DNA of 28,785 bases, taken from assembly GCA_019750655.1 (NCBI GenBank), contig JAIEOG010000319.1:1-28785 (forward strand), given 5' to 3'. Below the pieces are notes generated by a model, which saw only the letters and a program-made list of their open reading frames with translations, did no database searches and was not told where the DNA came from. Shown piece after piece: positions 1 through 7,998 of the stretch. The position numbers and the translations under genes are program-made. This stretch comes from a bacterium. GTDB taxonomy: Bacteria > Bdellovibrionota > FAC87 > UBA2466. The first letter of the stretch is position 1. Each line of letters starts with the position of its first letter.

Positions 1-391
1 ACATCAGAAACCCAACGAACGCGAGACTAACGGCAATCAATAAGGGAGCTCGCAGCGCACCTTCGCTCAGGTCGTGCATTGCAAGCCCGGCGAGCCCCGC
101 AGGGATAGTGCCGAGGAAGAGCATCCAAAACATCTGGCGATCGCGTTCAAAACCAATCTTGCGCTCTAAAATACTCGCTAAGCCTGCGCGTAAGAGCCGC
201 ATCCAGTCGCCCGCAAAGTACGCGAACACCGCGACAAGCGTGCCTAGATGCAAAAAGACTCCGAACCCTAGCCCGGGATCTTTCCACCCCAAAAACCAGG
301 GCACCAGCGCCAAGTGCGCCGAGCTGCTGATGGGAAGAAATTCGGTTAGACCCTGTACTACCCCGAGGACGATCGCTTCAAAGACGCTCAT
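1..391 (-). CDS. uppP: Undecaprenyl-diphosphate phosphatase (UppP/BacA), truncated at the left window edge
   Basis: Not in the ORF track. My translation of the minus strand from ATG 391 gives MSVFEAIVLGVVQGLTEFLPISSSAHLALVPWFLGW...FLHLGTLVAVFAYF..., the hallmark BacA N-terminal motif (QGLTEFLPISSSAH; HLGTL). The frame stays open to position 1. Confidence 0.95.
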   Translation of the reverse strand, partial: MSVFEAIVLGVVQGLTEFLPISSSAHLALVPWFLGWKDPGLGFGVFLHLGTLVAVFAYFAGDWMRLLRAGLASILERKIGFERDRQMFWMLFLGTIPAGLAGLAMHDLSEGALRAPLLIAVSLAFVGFLM

Positions 392-441
392 GCGCCCAGA
401 TTATAGTTCGTGTTATCCTAGTTAGAAACCACTACGTAAGC

Positions 442-1068
442 GTGAGGATCCAAATGCTTCGACTATGGGTTTTCTTCTGGGCACTCTTAAGCTGTGGGCT
501 GGCGGGAGCGATTGACACGTCAGCACTGGAGACGCTCAACGCAGATATGGGCCGCCTTCAGGAAGCTCTCGACCGGCTACCAAAGAACTCCGCAACAGAC
601 CTAACGCCCGTGAAGCACTCTCTCACGCAGCTTTTGGAAACCTACAAAACTCGGCAAACCGATTTGAAAGCGCGCACGGAGCGGGCTCTTGCCGCCACTA
701 GCTTGGAACCCGTCTTTCTACGTGCCGAAGGCGCACTCACAGAAGCCGGTAAAACGCGCACGTCCTGCACTGAGTTCCGCGAGAGCCTCCCTAAAAACAC
801 CCATAAGGCTGACAAAAGCACCGATCCTTTCGCGGTCGCGATTCGTGCCCAGATAAGCGTGGGAGATGTGGACAATGCGCAGGGAAAACTGCGTGAGGAA
901 ATCGCGGCCCTTAAGGGTGCACTACAAGCTGCGCAAGAAGTCGCAGGCTCGGCAGCCCGTTGCCCCGAAGCGGTCCAGAACCTGACATTTGCGTTAGACC
1001 AGCGAGTGCGAAACCTTCAAAGAGCGGTTTCCGACACTCAGGAACTCTGCGCCCGCCCCAAGAAATAG
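442..1068 (+). CDS. Hypothetical secreted helical/coiled-coil protein
   Basis: 208-aa ORF with a signal-peptide-like N-terminus (LWVFFWALLSCGLAGA) and an Ala/Leu/Glu-rich helical body. Divergent from uppP; its stop abuts the dmpA stop. No family recognised. Confidence 0.7.
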   Translation: MRIQMLRLWVFFWALLSCGLAGAIDTSALETLNADMGRLQEALDRLPKNSATDLTPVKHSLTQLLETYKTRQTDLKARTERALAATSLEPVFLRAEGALTEAGKTRTSCTEFRESLPKNTHKADKSTDPFAVAIRAQISVGDVDNAQGKLREEIAALKGALQAAQEVAGSAARCPEAVQNLTFALDQRVRNLQRAVSDTQELCARPKK

Positions 1069-2226
1069 CTAAACCTTCGCGCCAATCAAGCGTTGGACAG
1101 ATTGGTAGTGTTCTAGAAGCCCGCGCACGCGCGCGATGTTGATGGCCGGAACCTTGTTATTGCCTGCCCCTTCCATATCCACTGCCATCGTGAGGCTGTT
1201 GAGGATGGATTCCTCGGTCGTTTCAATCACGCTCTTATAGACAGGGTCGAGCGCGCTATCGCGGATCATTTTCACTTGGTGGAAATGATCCGTAGGGCGT
1301 TGGGGCACTTCATTGGCCGTTGAAAATCCAATGATAATTTCCCCGCTGCCATGCGCTCCGTAGCTTCCGACACGCCCGATGCCTAGAGCCGCGCGCCGGC
1401 AAACGCGGTTCATTTGCTGGGCACTTAAAGGCAAGTCGGTTCCCACTACGGCGATAATCGAACCGTAGTTATTCACACGGCGGGCATAAGCGCCTTGGGT
1501 TGGAAACAAAAGCCGCCCGACCGGGTAGCCGTCCATGCGCAGATCTTCCATGACACCGAAGTTGGAGCAGACCAAAACGCCGACGGTATAGGTTTTCCCG
1601 CCCATGTTCAGCACACGGCTCGAGGTACCAATGCCTGCTTTGAAATCACAACAGATCATTCCCGTGCCGGCGCCGACAGCGCCTTCTTCTACGGGGCCCG
1701 AGGTCGCGCCATCTAGCGCGCTGAATACATTCTGCGGCTTGATGTGGAGCCCAACGGCATCATTCAAAAAACTATCATCGCACTCACCCACTACGGGGAT
1801 GATCACTTCCTGCTGGTCGCGGATTTGCGGGTAGTGCTGGGCCATCCACTTTACGATGCCATCGCCCACGCGTCCGACGGAGAGCGTATTGGTCAAAGCA
1901 ATCGGCGTCTCTAATAGGCCCCATTCGGACAATTGCGTGTAACCAGAGACTTCGCCCGCCCCACTGAGAATGAAACCACCGCTAATGAGTTTGCGGTTGT
2001 AGATATCGTCGTTGGGCATGATGACCGTGACGCCCGTGCGCACTGGCCCGTTGCCTGGCTTGCGACGGCCCGAACCTTCAATGAGGGTAGTGTGCCCCAC
2101 TCGAACGCCCGGAACATCCGTAATGGCGTTGAGTGGACCCGTGGGGGTTGTGCCAATGGCGACGCCCAAGTCGCGCAGACGGCAACGGCTTTTGGCGTCT
2201 TCGCGGTATCTTTCAAAGAGGTTCAT
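1069..2226 (-). CDS. dmpA: DmpA/P1-family (S58) L-aminopeptidase/D-esterase (beta-peptidyl aminopeptidase-like)
   Basis: Motifs GPLNAITDVPGVRVGHTT, GAGTGMICCDFKAGIGTSSR, VLVCSNFG and the autoproteolytic G|S site (NYG|SIIAVVGTDLPL). ATG overlaps the upstream stop (ATGA, 2223-2226). Confidence 0.9.
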   Translation of the reverse strand: MNLFERYREDAKSRCRLRDLGVAIGTTPTGPLNAITDVPGVRVGHTTLIEGSGRRKPGNGPVRTGVTVIMPNDDIYNRKLISGGFILSGAGEVSGYTQLSEWGLLETPIALTNTLSVGRVGDGIVKWMAQHYPQIRDQQEVIIPVVGECDDSFLNDAVGLHIKPQNVFSALDGATSGPVEEGAVGAGTGMICCDFKAGIGTSSRVLNMGGKTYTVGVLVCSNFGVMEDLRMDGYPVGRLLFPTQGAYARRVNNYGSIIAVVGTDLPLSAQQMNRVCRRAALGIGRVGSYGAHGSGEIIIGFSTANEVPQRPTDHFHQVKMIRDSALDPVYKSVIETTEESILNSLTMAVDMEGAGNNKVPAINIARVRGLLEHYQSVQRLIGAKV

Positions 2227-4265
2227 GCAGGACGCAACTTACCCGCACTACGCCAGCGCTGCAACGCGGGCGTCAAAATGCGGTTAATAAGTGCCTCGAA
2301 CTCCAAGCCCGAACGCTCTGCCATCACTGCCAAGTCGCTAAAGCCGGGGCTTAGGCCTGGTAGCGGGTTGATTTCCAGGAAGTAAAGCTCGCCCTTAGCA
2401 TCGACTTTAAAATCAATGCGCGCGACATCGCGGCAACCCAAGGAGCGGTAAACCTTGCGCGCGAACGCCGCTATCTTGCGATCCATTTCTTTGCCCAAGG
2501 AAACCGGGCACTCAAGCTGGAAAATATTATTGGAATCGATGGGAAGGTTTTTCGCCTCAAACGAATAGACCGGGTAGCGGCCCGCATCGCGCAAGAAAAC
2601 AATCTCCATGGGCCCTAAGAGCCGCAGCGTCGTGTTCCCGAGCACACCAATCGTGAGCTCCCGGCCTTCGATGTACTCTTCGCAGAGCACGGGTTCTTTG
2701 GATTTATTCCATAGCTCGACGGCGACTTGCACCATCTCCTCTTGCGTGGAAACGACAGACTTGCCGCCAATGCCCTTCGAAGTGCCTTCGTGGTTAGGCT
2801 TTACAATGACAGGGAAACGCAGGCCCCCCTCAATGACTTTCCCGCCTTGGTAGAGACGGTAAGCAGGCGTCTGGATACCATCCTGGCTCAAAAGCTTTTT
2901 GGTAATCGCCTTATCGAGCGTAATGGCCATGCACGTGGCGTCGCTCGCCGTATGTTCAATGCCGAGCAGGTCGCAAATCGCAGGCACCTGCGCTTCGCGG
3001 GCGCGCTTGTTAGAGCCTTCGGCGATATTGAAGACTACGTCGACATTCGCGGCTTTTAGGTTTTCAGCCAGTGTCTTGTTCGCCTCAATACACAGAACTC
3101 GGCCGACTTTCTTCTGCAAGATAGAACTGATCGTGTCGACAGTATTCTGCGAGTCAAATTCTGCTTCGCGCTCGTAATCGGGGTCGCCGGGAGCTTTGCG
3201 CTTGAGGTTATAAACCAAAGCCACTTTCGGCATCTTCGTCGTAAAAATGCGGCGGGGCGATTTAAGCGACTTGCCCTGACGCTTCAGACGCGAGGTCGCG
3301 GCTTCGAAGATTTTCAAGATCGTCTGGTTGTAATCCAACCCTAACGTACGCGTGGCTTCAAAAAGCCCCGCTCCCTGCTGCAGGCTCGGTAAAGCGTTGA
3401 GCTCTAGGAAATAGACTTCACCTTCCGGCGTAATGCGGAAGTCCGCGCGTGCAAAATCCACCGCGCCCGTGACGGGCACAATGCGCTTCATCATTTCAAT
3501 GAGCTGCGCACGCGTCGCGGGTTCCAGTTCGGCTGGACAACGGACGGAAACGGCATCGTCTTGGAAATTTTTTAAGTCGTAGTCGTAGACGTTATCGCCA
3601 AAGCCTTGCTTAGTGCTGAGCACATATTCCAAAGGCTCCAGCACGCCCCCATCGCCAAGACCGGAGATATAAGGCACGGCCACATCACGCCCCAGGACGA
3701 AGCGCTCCACTAAGATCCCGTGTGGGAAAAGCTTCAAGCACTCCGCAGCGTAAGAAAGAAACGCGTCCGAATCTCGGCAAACCGAACGCGAAGTGATCCC
3801 TTTACTGGATCCCTCGTAGTTGGGTTTCACGAAGACCGGGTAAACGACGTCCGAGGCCACGGTTGCCAGTTCGTCCGCACTGTTGATGAAGTAGCCTTCG
3901 ATCACGGGCACGCCGCGCGTCGCGACCATTTGTTTCGTAAGAAATTTGTCGAGCGTCAGGAAGCAGCCATAGGGGCCAGAGCCGACATAGGGGAGTTGGA
4001 GTTGCTCGAAAAGCGTGGGCCCCAGACTCTCACGGCCGATGCCATAATAGCCTTCGGCGGTATTGAAAACGATATCGGGCTTGAGCTCACTAAGGCGCCG
4101 CAGCCATTCGGAGAGGCGCTCCACGGGGGGCATTTCGAGATCGAAAACTTCGTGGCCCACCGATGCCAAGGCGGTATGGATGGCTTGCACTGTCTCCGGC
4201 GTGTCGAACTCCGCTTGTTCTAAAGACTGGTCACGTTTGAGGTTGTAAACGAACGCGATCTTCAA
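2223..4265 (-). CDS. D-Ala-D-Ala-ligase-like protein with two tandem ATP-grasp modules
   Basis: Two homologous halves: KIAFVYNLK...AEFD...VFNTAEG...LDKFLTK...FVKPNYEGSSKG...ARADFR...FLELNALP and KVALVYNLK...AEFD...VFNIAEG...LDKAITK...IVKPNHEGTSKG...ARIDFK...FLEINPLPG. TTG start preceded by GGGAG. Confidence 0.88.
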   Translation of the reverse strand: MKIAFVYNLKRDQSLEQAEFDTPETVQAIHTALASVGHEVFDLEMPPVERLSEWLRRLSELKPDIVFNTAEGYYGIGRESLGPTLFEQLQLPYVGSGPYGCFLTLDKFLTKQMVATRGVPVIEGYFINSADELATVASDVVYPVFVKPNYEGSSKGITSRSVCRDSDAFLSYAAECLKLFPHGILVERFVLGRDVAVPYISGLGDGGVLEPLEYVLSTKQGFGDNVYDYDLKNFQDDAVSVRCPAELEPATRAQLIEMMKRIVPVTGAVDFARADFRITPEGEVYFLELNALPSLQQGAGLFEATRTLGLDYNQTILKIFEAATSRLKRQGKSLKSPRRIFTTKMPKVALVYNLKRKAPGDPDYEREAEFDSQNTVDTISSILQKKVGRVLCIEANKTLAENLKAANVDVVFNIAEGSNKRAREAQVPAICDLLGIEHTASDATCMAITLDKAITKKLLSQDGIQTPAYRLYQGGKVIEGGLRFPVIVKPNHEGTSKGIGGKSVVSTQEEMVQVAVELWNKSKEPVLCEEYIEGRELTIGVLGNTTLRLLGPMEIVFLRDAGRYPVYSFEAKNLPIDSNNIFQLECPVSLGKEMDRKIAAFARKVYRSLGCRDVARIDFKVDAKGELYFLEINPLPGLSPGFSDLAVMAERSGLEFEALINRILTPALQRWRSAGKLRPA

Positions 4266-4306
4266 TGGCTCTCCCTACCCCCGATTTCCCGGAGGCAAGA
4301 ATAGCG

Positions 4307-5650
4307 TCAGCGTAATCCCCAGTCGATAACTAAGTGGGAGGGAGAAGCGTTAACCGCCAGCGTGCATGGGCCTACGTCGGCCTGGATGGCTCTGCCGTGT
4401 AAGAGGTACCAGATTTGGCGCACGCCTTCGGCATTGGCGACCACACGTTCGAAGGGAAGATTTGGGTAAGCAGCGCTGTAACAATTGCGGACGGTGATAT
4501 TCTCCAAATCCGAAGGTGCCCTGCGAAGGGTTTCAAAAAACTCCGTTTGCGCGGTTTTCCAGTGCCACCAACCCACCCGATCGAGCCGCCACAGCAGGAA
4601 CCCGACGGAGAGCACCGTGAGCGCCACGCCGAAGCGGGCCACGCGCCTCGCTGGCAACCCCGCCGGAACGCCGCCAAACGCAAAAACCAAAAGCAGCGAC
4701 CAAGTCAGCACGAGGTACCAACCCGGTGAGAAAAACCCATGCCCCAGATAAACGCTCAGCGACGCCGCCAAAAATGGCAGATACGCCAGCCGACGCTTCC
4801 AAGCCGTCCACGCACGCGCGGCCGGACCGCCCATCCCCCACCAAAGCCCCATCGCCAAGACCGTGGGCCCCACGGCCATCACAAAAGAGCGGGCGATACG
4901 CGCCACAGTGTAATGCGGGAGATAGCTTGGATTCACCGGCATCCACCCAAGGCGCGCTACGAGGTAAGCCGCACCCAACACGGCGTACGGCAGAAAAAAC
5001 CGCGCCCGCTGTCCCCAGCTCCAACCCTCAAAGGGTTTCTCCGCAACCAAGATCCCTGCCAGAAGTAAGAGGTGGAACAGGCTCGATTCCTTGAACCCCA
5101 GCGCAAGAACTAGCGCTGCGATACTGGGGAGGATCCACCACCGGTTATCCGCCGCTTTCAGGAACGCCCAGGTGCAAGAGAGCAGCAGCAAGAGCTGCGG
5201 GATGTTCATCATCCCCTCGCCCATCCAAGCGACGCTGCCAAAATGGGCGAGCCAAGAACCACTTGCCGCCGCGACAAACCAAAAGCCCGCTGTCGGAGAA
5301 GCGACTCGCCGCACGCACGCATAGCCCAAGAGCAAAGCGCACGCCGTCGCAAGCACACCAATCGCTATCCAAGCCGCGTACTGGAATCCAAAGAGCTGAA
5401 AGAAAAGATAGGTTCCTAATTTAAAGCCCGGCCGGAAGAACCAAACCAGCGGCTTGCCGTCGTGGTAGAGCTCTGAGCTCCACAGAAAACCAGGTTCAGT
5501 GGGAATATAGCGGACCGCATTTCCGAGAATCCACCAATCGTCGTGGCGAAAAAAAACCGAAGGAACGACCGCCGCAAGATAGATCCCCAGAAAGGCCGCG
5601 GTGAAAACCAAGCTCCAACGCATCTCTCGAGGCATACGGTATTCTACCAC
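4307..5650 (-). CDS. Polytopic membrane protein, putative GT-C-fold glycosyltransferase
   Basis: About 10-11 hydrophobic segments. Acidic DD motif in the first loop (FFRHDDWWIL), an FFRP motif and an LGFKES motif, all typical of GT-C (PMT/ArnT/TMTC-like) enzymes. Confidence 0.6.
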   Translation of the reverse strand: MVEYRMPREMRWSLVFTAAFLGIYLAAVVPSVFFRHDDWWILGNAVRYIPTEPGFLWSSELYHDGKPLVWFFRPGFKLGTYLFFQLFGFQYAAWIAIGVLATACALLLGYACVRRVASPTAGFWFVAAASGSWLAHFGSVAWMGEGMMNIPQLLLLLSCTWAFLKAADNRWWILPSIAALVLALGFKESSLFHLLLLAGILVAEKPFEGWSWGQRARFFLPYAVLGAAYLVARLGWMPVNPSYLPHYTVARIARSFVMAVGPTVLAMGLWWGMGGPAARAWTAWKRRLAYLPFLAASLSVYLGHGFFSPGWYLVLTWSLLLVFAFGGVPAGLPARRVARFGVALTVLSVGFLLWRLDRVGWWHWKTAQTEFFETLRRAPSDLENITVRNCYSAAYPNLPFERVVANAEGVRQIWYLLHGRAIQADVGPCTLAVNASPSHLVIDWGLR

Positions 5651-5653
5651 TGG

Positions 5654-5914
5654 CTAAGGCGTCTCGATGGGCTGGTAGCCCAAACTCCGAGCGAGCTTGC
5701 CCAGCCACGCGGGTTGAAAAGCGGCATTGTAGCGCTGGATGCTGCGTTGGAACTCCGAACGCGCTTGCTGAAGATCGGAGGGCGAGTCCCCGTGGGCCTT
5801 CGCTTCCGCTAAGACGGCCTGCGCTTGGACCACCGCCGCAGAGAGGCTGCGTAAGCGAGCCGCCCAGTAGACCAAGCCACCTAATACCAAGCCGAACCCT
5901 AAAATCCAATGCAT
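5654..5914 (-). CDS. Small membrane-anchored LemA-like protein
   Basis: 86 aa with an N-terminal TM helix. The C-terminus ARSEFQRSIQRYNAAFQPAWLGKLARSLGYQP resembles the LemA C-terminal motif. Ends 3 nt before the next gene. Confidence 0.55.
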   Translation of the reverse strand: MHWILGFGLVLGGLVYWAARLRSLSAAVVQAQAVLAEAKAHGDSPSDLQQARSEFQRSIQRYNAAFQPAWLGKLARSLGYQPIETP

Positions 5915-6017
5915 GAGGCTGTTTTAACAAACCCGGGCCTAGACGTAAACAACGGGAATCATAGGCTTTGGATGGCCGGATTTCGTGTTTTCGCGGATTT
6001 CAGGTATAAGGCCGCCC

Positions 6018-6872
6018 ATGCGCCGAGCCTTAGCCCTTCTGAGCCTGATTTGCGGGATAGCCCTACCTTGCGCCTTTGAGATCACGCAGCAAGAAGCCCT
6101 CTTCCAAAGGGGCCTCCAGCACCTAGGGTGGTCGGAAGCCGACTTTGAACGCCAAGTGTCCCTTGCGGTCGACATCAGCGTGGGCCGCCCCGTTTCGACC
6201 GCGGACCTTGTCGAGGAAGAAGACCTAACGGTCGGTGGGGTGCGCGTCAGCGGTGCTATTCTCAATGCCTATGGGGCGCTTTTTAATTCGCTCGCCGCTA
6301 AACAGTTTCCGGCACCGCTTAAGTCGGTAGAAAACAAACTAGTGGTGATCACTCACCAGGATCCCTCTCTCCAAAAGAAGACCGCAGAATGGCTGTCCAA
6401 GTCCAAGCTGCGAGTTCCTGTTGTGGCACTGGTTTCGCCCGTATTTCCTTTGGAGACCACGGATATTGTCGATACCGGCAAAGTCGCCGTCCGATACTCT
6501 GCGGGAGGCGAGCTGCCTGGGATTGCAGCCAAGAAGGTGATTCTTTTAGGAGGGCACTGGAGTGCCTGCTTGCTTTCAACGATTGAAGATCTCGTCGTTT
6601 CGGGTTTCAAACAGGGGCTGAAAAAAGTCGAAATCCAGATCCTCCCCTCCCTCTCCTACACCAACCTTGCTGGTAAATCGCTCGCGGAAATCCACGACAA
6701 ACAAACCACCGCAAACCAAATTCGAAACTCGGTTAAAGAGCTAGAAAAAGCCGTACGCCTGCGCACGATGCACGTCGAAATCGTCGGCAGCCCCTCCGAA
6801 CCGAGCTGGAACAACGTCATCCGCATCACCTCTGGCGAACAGAAAGCGGAAATCCGCTTCGCTGAACTCTGA
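6018..6872 (+). CDS. Hypothetical secreted protein (weak cysteine-hydrolase-like segment)
   Basis: The ORF track starts at 5985; ATG 6018 gives a signal peptide (MRRALALLSLICGIALPCA). Contains KKVILLGGHWSACLLSTIEDL. Confidence 0.65.
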   Translation: MRRALALLSLICGIALPCAFEITQQEALFQRGLQHLGWSEADFERQVSLAVDISVGRPVSTADLVEEEDLTVGGVRVSGAILNAYGALFNSLAAKQFPAPLKSVENKLVVITHQDPSLQKKTAEWLSKSKLRVPVVALVSPVFPLETTDIVDTGKVAVRYSAGGELPGIAAKKVILLGGHWSACLLSTIEDLVVSGFKQGLKKVEIQILPSLSYTNLAGKSLAEIHDKQTTANQIRNSVKELEKAVRLRTMHVEIVGSPSEPSWNNVIRITSGEQKAEIRFAEL

Positions 6873-6876
6873 GCCT

Positions 6877-6891
6877 CTTAAGGTTTCTTAA
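6877..6891 (+). promoter_or_regulatory. CTTAA-N5-CTTAA direct repeat, putative OmpR-family response-regulator box upstream of the methyltransferase-kinase operon
   Basis: CTTAA GGTTT CTTAA (6877-6891), 10-bp period. The same motif occurs upstream of the response regulator. Confidence 0.6.
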
Positions 6892-6933
6892 CTCGCTAGT
6901 TCTCCCACCGGCGAGTTAACTCACAGCCCATCT

Positions 6934-7998
6934 ATGACAGAAAAGCGCGCACCTGAGCCCCTCGACGTGGCCGCTTCTGCACTTCTTAAGCGGCTCAACC
7001 AAGCTGCCCTGGTACCCGCTATTGCTCTGATTGCCGAACTGGAAATCCCCGACCTCTTAGCCGACGGAGAGCAGACAGCCGGCGCGCTCGCCCGCAAGAC
7101 GGGTTCGGATCCCCAGGCCCTTTACCGAATGCTCCGCGCTTTAGCAGCCGACGGGGTATTCGAAGAAAAACCCGGCCGCGTTTTCAAGAACACTGCTCTT
7201 GCCGAGCATCTGCGAAAAAAACACCCGAATTCTTTGCACGGCATTGCCCGCATGGCAGGGGCGTCCTGGAATTGGAATACGTGGGGGCACCTGCCCCATA
7301 GCATCCGCACCGGACAGTCGGCATTTGCGAATCTCCATGGGTGTGGCTTGTTCGAGTTTCTTAAAACATCCCCACCTGCAGCGCGGATCTTCCACGACGC
7401 AATGGGCTCAGGCGCTCGTAGCGCGGCTGCCGACGTGCTTTCCGCTTATGCGTTTGGCGCGCGCCCGCGGCACTTCGTGGATGTCGGTGGCGGAGTTGGA
7501 CACCTGCTCTTCCCACTTCTGGCAACGCACATAGAACACATCGGAACCCTCTTTGATGTCCCGAACGTCGCCCCCGCAGCAGAAGAAGGTATCCGCGCTA
7601 ACGCCCTCGAAACTCGCTGTGCCTTTGTCGGCGGGAACTTTTTCGATCACGTTCCGCCAGGGGCCGACACCTACATTCTGCGCAATATTCTGCACGACTG
7701 GGACGATGAACGCGCTCGGAGGATTCTCGATCGCTGCGCCTCCGCGATGGGCGCGGAAAGTCGATTGATCATTATCGAGCGCGTTTTAGATGTCGGCGGA
7801 CTCGGTGCGCTTCACGACTTACAAATGTTGCTATTGACCTCCGGCGGCAAAGAGCGGACTCTTGCTGAGTTCGAGGAATTACTCGCTGGTGCTGGCCTAA
7901 CCCTCGACGAAACCATATCAACCCCGGCGCAAAGGGTTTTGCTCATCGCCAGAAAATCGCAGAACGGTTTCCATGCAGGATCTTCGACAAGTCCTTAG
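6934..7998 (+). CDS. SAM-dependent O-methyltransferase, class II (dimerisation domain plus Methyltransf_2)
   Basis: N-terminal winged-helix dimerisation region (LEIPDLLADGEQTAGALA...LYRMLRALAADGVF), SAM motif VDVGGGVG, GNFFDHVP, and catalytic ILHDWDD. Confidence 0.93.
   Translation: MTEKRAPEPLDVAASALLKRLNQAALVPAIALIAELEIPDLLADGEQTAGALARKTGSDPQALYRMLRALAADGVFEEKPGRVFKNTALAEHLRKKHPNSLHGIARMAGASWNWNTWGHLPHSIRTGQSAFANLHGCGLFEFLKTSPPAARIFHDAMGSGARSAAADVLSAYAFGARPRHFVDVGGGVGHLLFPLLATHIEHIGTLFDVPNVAPAAEEGIRANALETRCAFVGGNFFDHVPPGADTYILRNILHDWDDERARRILDRCASAMGAESRLIIIERVLDVGGLGALHDLQMLLLTSGGKERTLAEFEELLAGAGLTLDETISTPAQRVLLIARKSQNGFHAGSSTSP

Noticed and set aside
108-425. 105-aa plus-strand ORF in the track
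   Set aside because: It is the antisense shadow of uppP (minus strand, ATG 391), which has unmistakable family motifs.
1060-1075. Zero-gap tail-to-tail junction (TAG/CTA) with no terminator
   Set aside because: Compact convergent gene ends are common. The same occurs at etfA, and no extra structure is seen.
2223-4265. Calling this gene ddl
   Set aside because: The tandem architecture and non-cell-wall context do not support the canonical D-Ala-D-Ala ligase symbol.
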